A DNA stretch of 64,000 nucleotides from the NCBI RefSeq assembly GCF_018977255.1, contig NW_024704743.1, positions 7,442,001 through 7,506,000 of the forward strand. Reading direction: 5' to 3'. Positions within the stretch are counted from its first letter, which is position 1; each line of letters begins with the position of its first letter. The position numbers and the translations under genes are program-made. This DNA is from Callorhinchus milii. Taxonomy: Eukaryota. The notes beneath the pieces are model-generated. The model ran no database searches, was not told where the DNA came from, and worked only from the letters and a program-made list of their open reading frames with translations. Shown here in pieces: positions 25,992 to 37,275 of this stretch.

Positions 25992-26231
25992 GTCAGCCTG
26001 GCTCAGCTGGCAGCGCTCTCGCCTCTGAGTCAGAAGGTTATGGGTTTCAGCCTCCACATCAGGACTTTTGAGCTCATAGTCTAGGCTGACACTCCAGTAC
26101 AGTGCTGGGGGAGTGTTGCATTGTCAGAGGTGTCATCTTTCAAATGGGACGTTAAGCCTGTTTCCCTGTTGTATATTAAAAATCCCATGGCACTATTCGA
26201 AAGAAGAAGTGAGTTTCTCCCAGTGTCCTGG
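25992..26231 (+). mobile_element. Deu-domain SINE 5' half (tRNA head + Deu region)
   Basis: gtcagcctggctcagctggcagcgctctcgcctctgagtcagaagg head; ends at gtgtcctgg where the L2 begins. Confidence 0.8.
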
Positions 26232-27125
26232 TTGAGGGGACGAGGCGGAGGGACTGCGGGATGGAGATCCAGAGAGTGGGGGCAGTGTGGCAAAAGGCCC
26301 GCCCGCCAATGGTGGTGCAGGCGAGGTGGGGGACGTGAAGCAGGCTGGAGTCCGCTGAGTGGAGGGAGCGAGCAGGATGGTAGGGGAATAGGAGGGAATA
26401 GGAGGTCGCAGAAGTAGTAGGGAGCAAGACCATGATGGGCCTTAAAGATGAGGACCAGGTTCTTGAACTGTATCCTCTGTGTGATGGGAAGCAAGTAGAG
26501 TTGGGAAAGGATGGGGGCGATAGGGTCATGGAGCCTGGTACGGGAGAGAACACGGGCTGCAGAGTTCTGGATGATCTGCAGCATGTGGAGGGAGGAGTTG
26601 GGGAGGCCGACAAGCAATAAGTTTGCATCGTCGAGCCTCGATGTAATGAAAGCGTGTATGAGGGTTTCGGCTGCGGAGTGAAACAGTGGCGGAGCCGGGC
26701 GATGTTGTGGAGGTGGGGGAAGGCAGAGCGGGTCATGGTGCAGATGTGGGGTAGAAAGGATAGTTGAGGGTCAAACAAGACTCCAAGGTTCCAGACTGGC
26801 TTAGCAAGGTGGAGTGTGCAACCATGGATGGTGATGCTGTCAGCTCCTGAGGTGCGGAGGCGCTGACGGGAGCCAATCAGGAGAGACTCGGTCTTTTTGA
26901 CATTCAACTGAAGAAAGTTAGCTCTCATCCAGGACTTGATGTACGATAGACATTCTGTCAGGACAGCAGTGGTCCTGGAGTCAAGAGTGGAGGCAGAGAG
27001 GTACAGTTGAGTGTCATCCGCATATATGTGGAAGTTGACCCCATGTTGCGGATGATGTCACCAAGAGGGAGCATATAGATATTGAAGAGGAGGGGATCAA
27101 GGACAGAGCCCTGCGGAACGCCGCA
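26232..27125 (-). mobile_element. L2 LINE internal fragment (RT to ORF2 C-terminus), no tail
   Basis: Minus-strand ORFs [21 protein letters not shown] and LQIIQNSAARVLSRTR; YADDTQL motif at ~27010. Confidence 0.9.
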
Positions 27126-27134
27126 AACCACTAC

Positions 27135-27328
27135 CTGTCACCTGGGCTCGCTCTCAACCCCTTCATCTTGCCCCCTCCTTTCTCTTTTTCAGATCAAGCC
27201 TGAAGACCTTCCTCTTCGACGGTGCTTATGGTCACTTCCCCCCGGCTCATCCTCAGGCTCAGCCTTTGTTAAGCACTCCGAAACTCTGTCCCATGTGAAG
27301 GGCGCTACATAAATGCAAGTTGTTGTTA
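27135..27328 (+). mobile_element. L2 LINE 3' end
   Basis: ctgaagaccttcctcttcgac...gtgaagggcgctacataaatgcaagttgttgtt. Confidence 0.8.
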
Positions 27329-27374
27329 AGTGCGAACCGAGGTCACATCGATGCCAACCGTTTGGTTCTGACAC

Positions 27375-27540
27375 CTGGGATGGGCAGCATCTCGTAGCAC
27401 TTCACGGAGCTGTTGACACCGAGTCGGGGGAGGTGACCATCAGCACGGTCGAAAAGGAAGGTCTTCAGGCGTTGATCTGAAAAAGGAGAAGGGAGGCAAG
27501 GCAGAGGAATTGAGGGAGACAGTGGTCAGGGGAAGATGAA
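27375..27540 (-). mobile_element. L2 LINE 3' fragment (inverted relative to 27135-27328)
   Basis: Reverse complement closely matches 27170-27250. Confidence 0.75.
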
Positions 27541-27559
27541 AGGCTCAGGGAGGAGGAAA

Positions 27560-27752
27560 ATGCCTAGCTTTAAAGTTCCATTTGTGTCAGCGTTCGGGCC
27601 ACTTCAGACTGGTGAGGACAGCAAATCCAGTCGCAGTTCCCTTCACCAGTGGCTGCCTCTACTGAGCATGCTCTGCAGTTTCTTCACGCAGTGCTGTGTG
27701 ACAGTAACTATGCACAGCAACAGGAGCATGAGTGATCCGACACTGCTGGTGG
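27560..27752 (+). other. Candidate non-coding 5' exon of JCAD (start uncertain)
   Basis: Repeat-free sequence ending in a consensus donor TGG|GTAAGT (GT at 27753-27754); CpG retained locally; same strand as the JCAD exon. Confidence 0.3.
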
Positions 27753-29962
27753 GTAAGTGAGTGAGTTACCTGTGCCTTTTTACTATAGGAAACCTGGGAT
27801 TTATTTGCAAATGGGATAAAGGAGTTAATGTGCTTGGACTTTCTGCGATGAGGAAAGAGATTCAGTGTCTGCTCTTACTGAAACCACAGTCACTGGTAGC
27901 TTAGTGTTGTGCTCACTCAACGTACTTGATTATTTATTTGCCAGTTTCCCAAGGAAAGCTCGATTTCTGTTTAAAACAACAGCAAGGACAGCGAGGAGGC
28001 TTTTTAAAGTCGGTACATTACGACTAATCTTGTACAGACGTTTTCGTAAAAACATTATGTGCAAGCGCTATAAATAAATTGGATTATGAGCGAAGGATAT
28101 TATTTACCAGCCTGCAAGAGTCAAAGGGCTTTAGGAAGAGATACCACTTTGCTAACATGCAAGCTTCGAGCTACTGGAGCTAGACAGCAGCAAAACAGTA
28201 CGATATTTCATGTATACCGTACATGTTCATATTCTGAGTTGTTCCTTTTCCTTGCAGTGGTGCAGATACGGTATCTGTGAGTCTTCAAAGGAAGTTCAGC
28301 GTACAACTAATCATAAAAGTGCTTCTGATTTGTATCCAGAATGTGCATCAGCAAGGAGGTTTGAAGGTCCATGGAGATTTTCTTTCAAAACCATATCTCA
28401 GCACAGCTTGCTGGTTGAGGCAGTCCTATTGTCAGTGCTCACACTTAACCCCCTCAAATTGTTGTAGCCAGAGAGAAACAAAAAGCCCAGCTAAAGACTG
28501 AAGCCATTAATCAGTTGTCAGTCTATCTCTCTCTCTTCTCTCTTTCGAGCGAGCGTGGCCAAGGAGGCTTGAGCAATGTGGAGAGAGATGGCAGAAGCCA
28601 GGTGTGTAAGGGTGGGAGACCTGGCTGAGAGACAGGCAGGGGCTCCTGATTGACAGGGGAAGAAGTCAGTAGAGCTAGAGATGAATAATGCAAAGGAGGA
28701 AGGATGAGCCTGAGGTCCATGAGTAGACGGCTCACACTCACTCTCTGCCTCTTGACGAGTGCCTCATACCCAAAAGCTCAGCAGCTCATTAAAGATGTAC
28801 AGCACTGGCTCTGCTGCCTGTACCGTATTTGCGCTCCACACTTCTTCGCTGGCAGGTCTTGTTCTGGAATAAACTTGCAGATCCCATCGTGGTTTCAGCC
28901 CTTCACAACAACAACAAAGTTACAACAAATATAGCCCCTTTCATGTCGGAAGGACGTCCTAAGGCGCTGGACAGTTAAGGGTTTGCACTCGACCTGGGGG
29001 TTAGAATCAAGAGGGTTTAAGGGAAAGGGGAGAGGGAGGGTGTGTGAAAGCACGGTCAGAGAGGAAATTCCTCTGGGAAGGTAGTTTCTTTCTGTTTTTC
29101 TGTGATGAATTCCTGGTTGTGGCAGTGATGTATATATACTCCATCTCCACCCATGTGCACCCACGAAACGTGATTCATGCCATTCGTTTCCGGGTTCAGC
29201 CCCATAATAATAATACTCCTCGCATTTGATGTAGCTCCTTATCACGTCATTGAAATGTGTCAGAGAGCTTCACAGAATATAGTGCAGACTGTGTATTTTG
29301 TGGGAAAACCGTGGCAGCCAGTTTACGCATAGCAGTGTCTCACAAACAGTCGTGGATTGAGTAACCAATTTTATTTGGGGGATTGTTGGCTAGGAGACCG
29401 AGAGAGAAACTCCCTTCTCTATTTAAATAGTGCTTGGAATTATTAAAGTCCACTTGTATGGATAGACAGGGCCTCGGTTTAACTTCACAGCTGAAGGACG
29501 AACCTAAAGGAAGGATCTGAGGTTAACTTAATTAAAATAAACCTTTCCCTCCCCTATTCTGTAATGTAGTGTGAAGGCACATCACATCTCATGTCAAACG
29601 AGTAGTTTCATTTTATAAATAGCCCATCTACACAAAAGAAAAGTGTCATCATTTTATGTTATTTTTGAACTGTTTCTTTGACTGCACTGAATTTATAATG
29701 GGGATTAGAGTTTGTATAGCTTCATTGAAGGAGCCTGCGCCAACATAAGGCACAAGGGGAAAAAATTATTGTTTTCTGTGTTGTGTGTCAAGGTGTTACA
29801 CAACTAGCTCAGTTGGTAGCATTCTCACCTCTGAGTTATAGGGCTCATGATCCGTGTCAGGACTTTGAGCTTGTAGTCTGAGCTGACACTTCAATGCGGT
29901 GCTGGGGAGTGCTAGATGAATTGAATGATTTAAATTGTTTGAGCCACACAGTTCAAGTAATT

Positions 29963-30335
29963 GTGTAGCGTGGTAGCTAGAGCACTCACCTTGCAAGCAA
30001 GAGGACCTGGGTTTGATTCCCGGGCGGGGCGAAACTTTAGGCAAGTATCCTTACTCTACATGCATCTGTTTACCTAGCAGTAAGTAGGAATCTGGTTGTT
30101 AGCGATTGGTGGATCGCTTTCCAGGGGTAATAATCCCTTAAAAAAACAAATAATAATAATTTGGTCACTCAGTCCATGACTCTTTGTAGGACACTGCTGT
30201 GCCTACTTGGGTGTAGCATTTCGCCCACAAAATACACAGTCAATTCACTTTACAGTAAATTCTGTGAGGTACTTTGAGACATCTCAATGAAGTGATAAGG
30301 CGCTACATCAAATGCAAGGATTATTATTATATTAT
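29963..30335 (+). mobile_element. tRNA-derived SINE, near full-length
   Basis: Head agagcactcaccttgcaagcaagaggacctgggtttgattccc, body, (TTA)n tail. Confidence 0.85.
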
Positions 30336-31692
30336 AAATTCCCAGTTTTAGTCTCGGCTCTAGGCTGAGCAAGCTGTTGTCAACAGGGACAGTATAGTTG
30401 GCTTTGGTCTTCCTGAGTTCAGAGAGGTAGTACTCAGCTAAAATAATAATAATCTTTGCCTTTGATATAGTGCCTTATCATGTCTTTGAGACGTCTGAAA
30501 GCGCTTCACAGAATATAGTGTAAAGTCAATTGACTGTATATTTTGTTGGTGAAATGCGATTTGGAATTGGGGAAGAGTGTGATGGAGTTTAGAGGTAATG
30601 TCTCTCTGCGGTCAAATAGCCAGTCAACTCTCACTGTATAATCTTAGACAGAAGTAGCAGAGTCTGTCAGTGCTCATCCAACTACATCCTGGTATGGGTC
30701 TTGGCAATGGTCACCCCTTGGTTTTCTATGTCTGTCTGTTTAAAATATGTTCAGTAAATTTTATGTGTTCCCTAAAAGCATTAGCCAGTGTGAGTGCAGT
30801 TAGTAATTACCAATTGTGCTCAGGGAAACTGGGAAAGAGATGAAGTTTGGTAGAACTGGAGCATACCCATATACCCATATTGAGCAGCTCTTTAAATACT
30901 TTTTTTAATGTATTTAATGCCTTTGATATTTATGTTGCCGTCAGGTTTCCAAAGGCGTCGGTTGCAACAATTTGGCAGATAACTTACCATTCCAATATGC
31001 AAATGAAGGATTGCAAATGTACTTGTCTCCTATTGGGCAACTGAGGGAAGGATTCTGATTAGACCATACCATTGGGTATCCTAATTCATGGAGGGGTTCA
31101 ATGCATATAAAAGAACGTAGGCCATGTGCTTGGAATCACTTTTTTCTACTTGATGCCAACAAAGGTATGTGCTCTAACTATTGATGAGTAGTAGTCAGAG
31201 GTTGGTTCTTCGTGCACTTTACATTAACTTCATTATAAGTGGTTGCTAGATTGTACATAAGTGTGATTAATGTTTGTTATCTCATAGCTGTGTTTGTTGA
31301 TATTTATCGTGTTGTTTATAAGATTTAATGCTGAGGGTTATGGATTTCATTGAAAGTACAATACAATTCCGTTGAGTTTACTTAACCTGTCTTTCTCAAA
31401 CTTTCTGTATAAATCAGAGGGAATGCACAAATACCCAAAAAGGTTCAGCCTAGGTCACAGAGGTATTCGACAATAAACCTTTGATTGACTGAAGCTTCCC
31501 AATTCGCTTTAATTTAAAATAGCAATTGGTTGTACCTGTCAATGTGCAAGAACTCATTAGTCAAGTTATATCTAGTTGTAGGGACTTGCATTCATCAGTG
31601 AGGATTGAATACAGGCCACCGAGTACACTCTGTGAGGGGGAGCGAGCCATATTGTGGGTGTTCGTATAGGGGTGACAAACCATCTCAGTCGG

Positions 31693-32020
31693 TACATTCA
31701 GGAGAACAGTGCAGAAAAATGAAATTCTGCAATGCATCATTACCTTTGATATAATCCAGTCCAGTGCTGTATTATGTGGTTTAAATCTTTGCAAATAATT
31801 GCAATAATTTCCAGCATTCCAGACTTGTGTAAACTGCTGTTTTAGAATGTTCCAATGAAGATATTAATCATTCTCTGAGTGCTTTTTATGACTTTGCTTT
31901 AGGGTTTCTAGGACAACAGTGTTGAGACAGTAAGCCCTTGGTGCGCAATGCACAACCCTCTCTCAAAGTTACTAATGCATTGCAGAATTTCATTTTTCTG
32001 CACTGTTCTCCTGATTGTTA
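31693..32020. mobile_element. MITE-like element with long terminal inverted repeats
   Basis: 31698-31737 and 31975-32014 are a perfect 40-bp inverted repeat, extendable with mismatches; no coding capacity. Confidence 0.6.
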
Positions 32021-35000
32021 CAAGTGACTGATTTGCCAAGAGTCGGTGCACTCTTCAAAAACAGTTATAATCCACGTGGAAACAGTGGCCATCATTGTCA
32101 TGAACAGCTGTCCTCTTGCTCTGAAGCTGTAAGTGTACAGAAGGACAATTGCTGGATAATACAGAAGAGTATCATTTTCCATTAATTCATTTTGTATCAG
32201 GTAGAAGTGAAATGAGAGGAATTGGACGAAGATATCGATGAGAATGTGAGTAATAAAGCTTATATTGATTTTTTTTAAACTTTGGGTTAGAGGGTCTTCG
32301 GGGGTTGATTTATTTCCTGGTCCTGTACATTCCTATGTTCTTGTGAACTGAACTCTGCTAATCCATTGCATTAATGCACAAACTAAAATGAAATCTAAAA
32401 TTTCACTTTATGACAGTTGTTGCACAGGTTTGGCAGGTTGTTGACAAGTGAGCACAGTTTGCCTACAAATTGTTACTTAAAACTTCCTGTGTTTGTGACA
32501 AATGTGTGGGGGAAAATTATTCTTGCAACCGTGGAAAGCCTTGCTAACAGAAGCTCAAAGGGCTTCAGTCTTCGAAATTGGGCAATGTGTTTAATCCTTT
32601 CTAATCCAATCTGTTAATTTGTTGGCCTTTTGGATTTTGCATGTACCAATGTACCCAGTGAAGAATGAAGGTATTGTGTGTTTATATTCTGCTGTAAAGC
32701 ACGGGAGCAGCCGAGAACTTCTGTTCCAAAAGACTCAACAAGTGAACGAGGCTTGAACGTGTAATTTTTCTCCAGGAATCCAATTTACTTTTGCTGCTTC
32801 TTGGAGAGCAGACAGACAGACCTTGGATTTACATCCAATGTAACAGACCTTTAAAAATGCAGAGCTCCCCAGTATTACATTACCTAGACTATATGCTCAA
32901 ATCAAAATATGGAGCTCAAACTCATGAGACCCAGAGCCAAGATTACAATGATTTCAACAACAACAATTTACATTTGTATAGCGCCTTTCACGTCAGGAGG
33001 ACGTCCCAAGTCGCTGAACAGTCAGGGAATTGGACCCAAGCATGGGGATTGGGATCAGGAGGGGGAGGGCAGGGAGGATAGGGGTTCAAAGTAAGTCAGA
33101 AAAATATGTCCAGAAGAAATAAAGTAAGTAAACTTAGGGTAGATATCAATGGTTCCGTCAGCCTGGCTCAGCTGGTAGCAATCTTGCCTCTGAGTAAACA
33201 CTACAAGGTGCATTGATATAAGTGCAGAACACCATTGTGAAGTTCAATGTACTTTTAAAAAGCTGTCAAGCCTCCAGCAACTGACCCCAAAGTGCCAGAG
33301 ATACAGGCAACTTCAGTTATAACTGCACATTAGTCCAATGAACCCAGGAACTCCTCTCAGTTAACCTCCCCAAACCGTCAGGACTAATTAATACAGTGCC
33401 CATATTCACCTGCCAAAATAATCACAAACTATTCAGTAAATCCCGTGAAATGTTTTGAGACAACTTCCCGACTTGAAAGATGCAGCGCGAGGATTATCAT
33501 TAAGTATCATTAGTGATAGCCATGATCTCTGTCATAGTGGGGAGAAGGGGGTGGCGGTGGTTACGTCATGACTAGTGAAAGCCTGCCCTTTAAATGTGGG
33601 ATTCCAGCAAGCAGCCTCGATGGGATTGCAACAAAGTATGGCTCAGAAACTATCATGTTTTGGGGTTTTTACTAATGTTCTGAGAGTTGTTATAGTATGT
33701 TGGATTGTTGTGTTTGCTCCCGTTGTCTTGAATTTTTGTCTTCTTTATAATGCAAGGTGGGTGGCCTAGGGTTTCTCGGTTGCAATAGAGAGTAGCACCT
33801 CGGAAGGCGTAAGTGCCAGCATTTTATGTGGTTATGATGCAAAACTTAATTTAAGGCTTTGAGGTGTTGTAAAAATATATACTTGTATATTTAAATTAGT
33901 TAATAGAACCGGGATACTGTCTTTGTCCTCCCGACTCGAGAAGCCCCGACTCTTAATCATTGAAGCATTGGGTATCAGAAACCAAACTCCGTGACGAGGT
34001 GGAGAGCCAGTGCGTGAACCAGATTTAATATTGGCTTTATTGAGAACGCATTCTGTGTAATTTGCAAAATAAAATAGAAATAATAATCCTTGCATTTGAT
34101 GCAGCACCTTTCACATCAGGAGGGAATGTCTCAAAGTGTGTTTTGATTATGTATTTTTGTAGGCAAACTTGTTAAATACCCAAATTGTTTATATTTGATT
34201 GCTTTTAGGAGGATGGGACCTGTGGTTGGTACTAATCTGTAGCTCTTTCAAAACCATAATTAGACATCCTGTTTGGGAAAATAACGAAGGATCAGCCATC
34301 ACCCTTTACTTAAACACTGTTGCCCCAGCACTTTAAAGTGCTTTAGCTAAACGTTAATTTATTTTTATGCTGAACAAGTAGTTCTGGTAGTTTCCTGACA
34401 ATATTTTGCTGGTCATGTGAACTATGTGAAGTTTCCCCCTGTTTCTCTCCTCAGTTTTAATGACATTGGCTAGATTCCATCCCAATTAACCTTGAAGGTT
34501 GAGAGTCTGTTTAATCCAGTAGAAAACAATTGTTCTCTTGTATTTTTCACCAGACAAAGCCTTTTCCCGGGCCGTGGGCTGAATGCACAGACTTGGGTTC
34601 TTAGCTGACCTCCTTTCTCCGTCCACGTTTTCTGCCGAGTTGCTCCCAGTTCAGCAGATGGTTCTGCTCCACCTTGAGTTTGTGGATATTTAAGGAGTTC
34701 TTTTAACGCCATCACAGAGACGGAGAGAAAGAAAAAAAGCAAGATTCTCTCGTGGTTCTTTTGTTTTATTTGAAAACCAGGAAATGAAGACTGGAGGAAG
34801 TTTATACATGAACTCCAGACACGACTAAGGAAATGGTAGGTTGGTGGATGACCAGCTTGTAATGAGGCCACAGGCTGATTGTCAGAGCTCTACAGTATTT
34901 TGAGATAATTGCAAATTCACGGAGTCTTGATTGTTGGAAACTTTACATTGATGTCTGTCATACTTTGATTGCTAAGTATAGCAATGAGAGGGACTAGCAT

Positions 35001-35500
35001 TTTTATAGCACTATATAATAATCTTTGCATTTGATATAGCATCTTTTCATGTCATTGAGACATCTCAAAGCACTTCATAGAAACTGAATTGATTGTATTT
35101 TGTGGGCGAAACATGGCAGCCAATTGCACACAGCAGTGTCCCACAAATAGTTGTGGATTGAGTGACTAAATTATTATTTGAAGGGATTATTATTTATTTC
35201 ATGAGCCAGCCCAAGGAAAATATTCTGAAAAGTTCATTTGGGTATCACTGCCTTTCGTTGACTCGCTCTATAGAAAGTTTCCCCTGGGGCTAGCGAGCAA
35301 CAGGCAGAGAAGGTGGACCATGCTGAGTTTGCATCTTGTCTGGGAATACAGGGAACATGGATCAGGCTTGGAAGGGAATAATCTGTGTGTACATTTATGC
35401 GGGTTGATATGTCAGTTTATAACTCGTGTAAATGAGATTGAACTGCTTGTAGGAGAATTAATTGGCAATCCACGAAAAAGTTATATAATAATCCTTGCAC

Positions 35501-35932
35501 AACTCTGTTTACGTAGCATTAAGTAGGAACCCAATTGTTAGATGATTGGTGGATTGCTTTTCTGGGGGTAATAATCCCTTCCAAAAAAGAAAAATTACAA
35601 TAATTTGTCACTCAATCCACGGTGTTTGTAGGACACTGCTGTGTGCAATTGGCTGCTGCATTTCACCCACAAAATATACAGTCAATTCACTTTACAATAT
35701 ACATTGGAATATACAGCACAGAAACAGGCCATTCGGCCCAACTAGTCTATGCCGGTGTTTATGCTCCACATAAGCCTCCTCCTGCCTTTCCTCAACTAAG
35801 CCTTCAAGCATAACCTTTTATTCCTTTCTCCGTCATGTAACTATCCAGCTTTCCCTTAAATATATTCTGTGAAGCGCTTTGATATGTCTCGACGTGATAA
35901 GGCGCTGTATCAAATGCAAGAATTATTATTAT
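35501..35932 (+). mobile_element. tRNA-derived SINE (headless) with a reverse CR1 tail inserted at ~35701-35860
   Basis: SINE ...tttacaatat|...|tatattctgtgaagcgc split by acagcacagaaacaggccattcggccc...ttcccttaaa. Confidence 0.8.
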
Positions 35933-36971
35933 TACTTTGATCACTAAAATTATCTGTAGAAGATCTTTGGAATTATAATTCAATTTACATTTATATATCT
36001 TTTATGAAAGCAGGATGTCTCAAAATGCTTAACACAGCTAGATGGGTACCTGAACCAAGGGTTGGAGGAGTTAGATGACCAAAAATTTTGTCAAAGAAGT
36101 AAATCTTGAGGTGGGCTTTGGAGTTTTTAAAGCTAGCATTCTTAGTGCAGTATCATAGTAAAGTACTAAGGTACCTTGTTGTACCTTGTCACATTAAAAA
36201 AGCACTTCACAAGCAAACATTGGGATGCTACCCTGCAAGTTGTTGTTGTTTTTGCGGGCAAAACTACCTACGCCATTAAAGGCCCACTAATAACTGAGAA
36301 AAATGACCAATTAATGACCAAAATGACTGGAGGATTGTTGGCCAGGACACTTCTCATATTGTGTAATTTCACAGAATCTTTAATGTTCACCTGAACCTAA
36401 ACCATCTAAAAGATAGGCTCTTCAATAATCAGATTTCCCCCAATACTGCACTGGAGTGTCAACTTAGACCAAGTTCAAGTCCCAACATTGTGCTTGGACC
36501 CAAACCTTATCCAGAGACAAAATTGAGCCAGGCGGATACTTAGCTTTTCATAACTCACTCATTGCTGTTTTTTCTTAATGTTTCCCCATCAGTTTCCACA
36601 TATCTAGGCTATTTGAATGCACAGTGCTTGCACTGTGTTTCCATGTGCAGGTGGGATGCATGGAATTCTCAATTTGGTTTGCATACTCTTAAGCATAGTG
36701 ATGGGTTTCTGTATATGTCAGTGGTGGAGTGCGTGCTATGCTAATGCACAGTGCTCTATTAGTCAATCCTGTGAAGTGCTATGAGCATCTCGATGATGTG
36801 CTAAGGTGCTATGTCAAATGTAAGGATTATTATTTTTACCTTGCCTTCGGAACGAAGGCTGCACTTGTTGGCTTTAGTGCGATCGATTGAGGAAAAGGGA
36901 ACTTTGAGCTGGGTCAGATTTTCTCTGTTTCACCAATACAGTATAATAGGTTGAACAGTCAGTAATAATGC

Positions 36972-37275
36972 TAATAATGAATCCTTGCATTTGATATAGT
37001 GCCCTTTCACATTAGGAGGATGTCTCAAAGTGCTTCACGGGATTTACTGTAACACGTGGTGACTATTTTGTTGTTGAACATTGCAGACAGACACACAGCA
37101 ATGTCCCATAAATAGCCATGAATTAAATGACTTTTTTTTAATCCAGGGGGTTGTTCTCAGGAGAAACTCCATTTTGAATGGGGGTTTTTAACATCCACCT
37201 GAACAGGCAAATGGGACCTCGATTGAACCTCTCATCTGAAGCATGGTACCTCCAACAATGTAGCACTTCCCCAGC
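36972..37275 (-). mobile_element. Deu-domain SINE (reverse)
   Basis: aatccttgcatttgatatag...aacatccacctgaacaggca. Confidence 0.7.
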
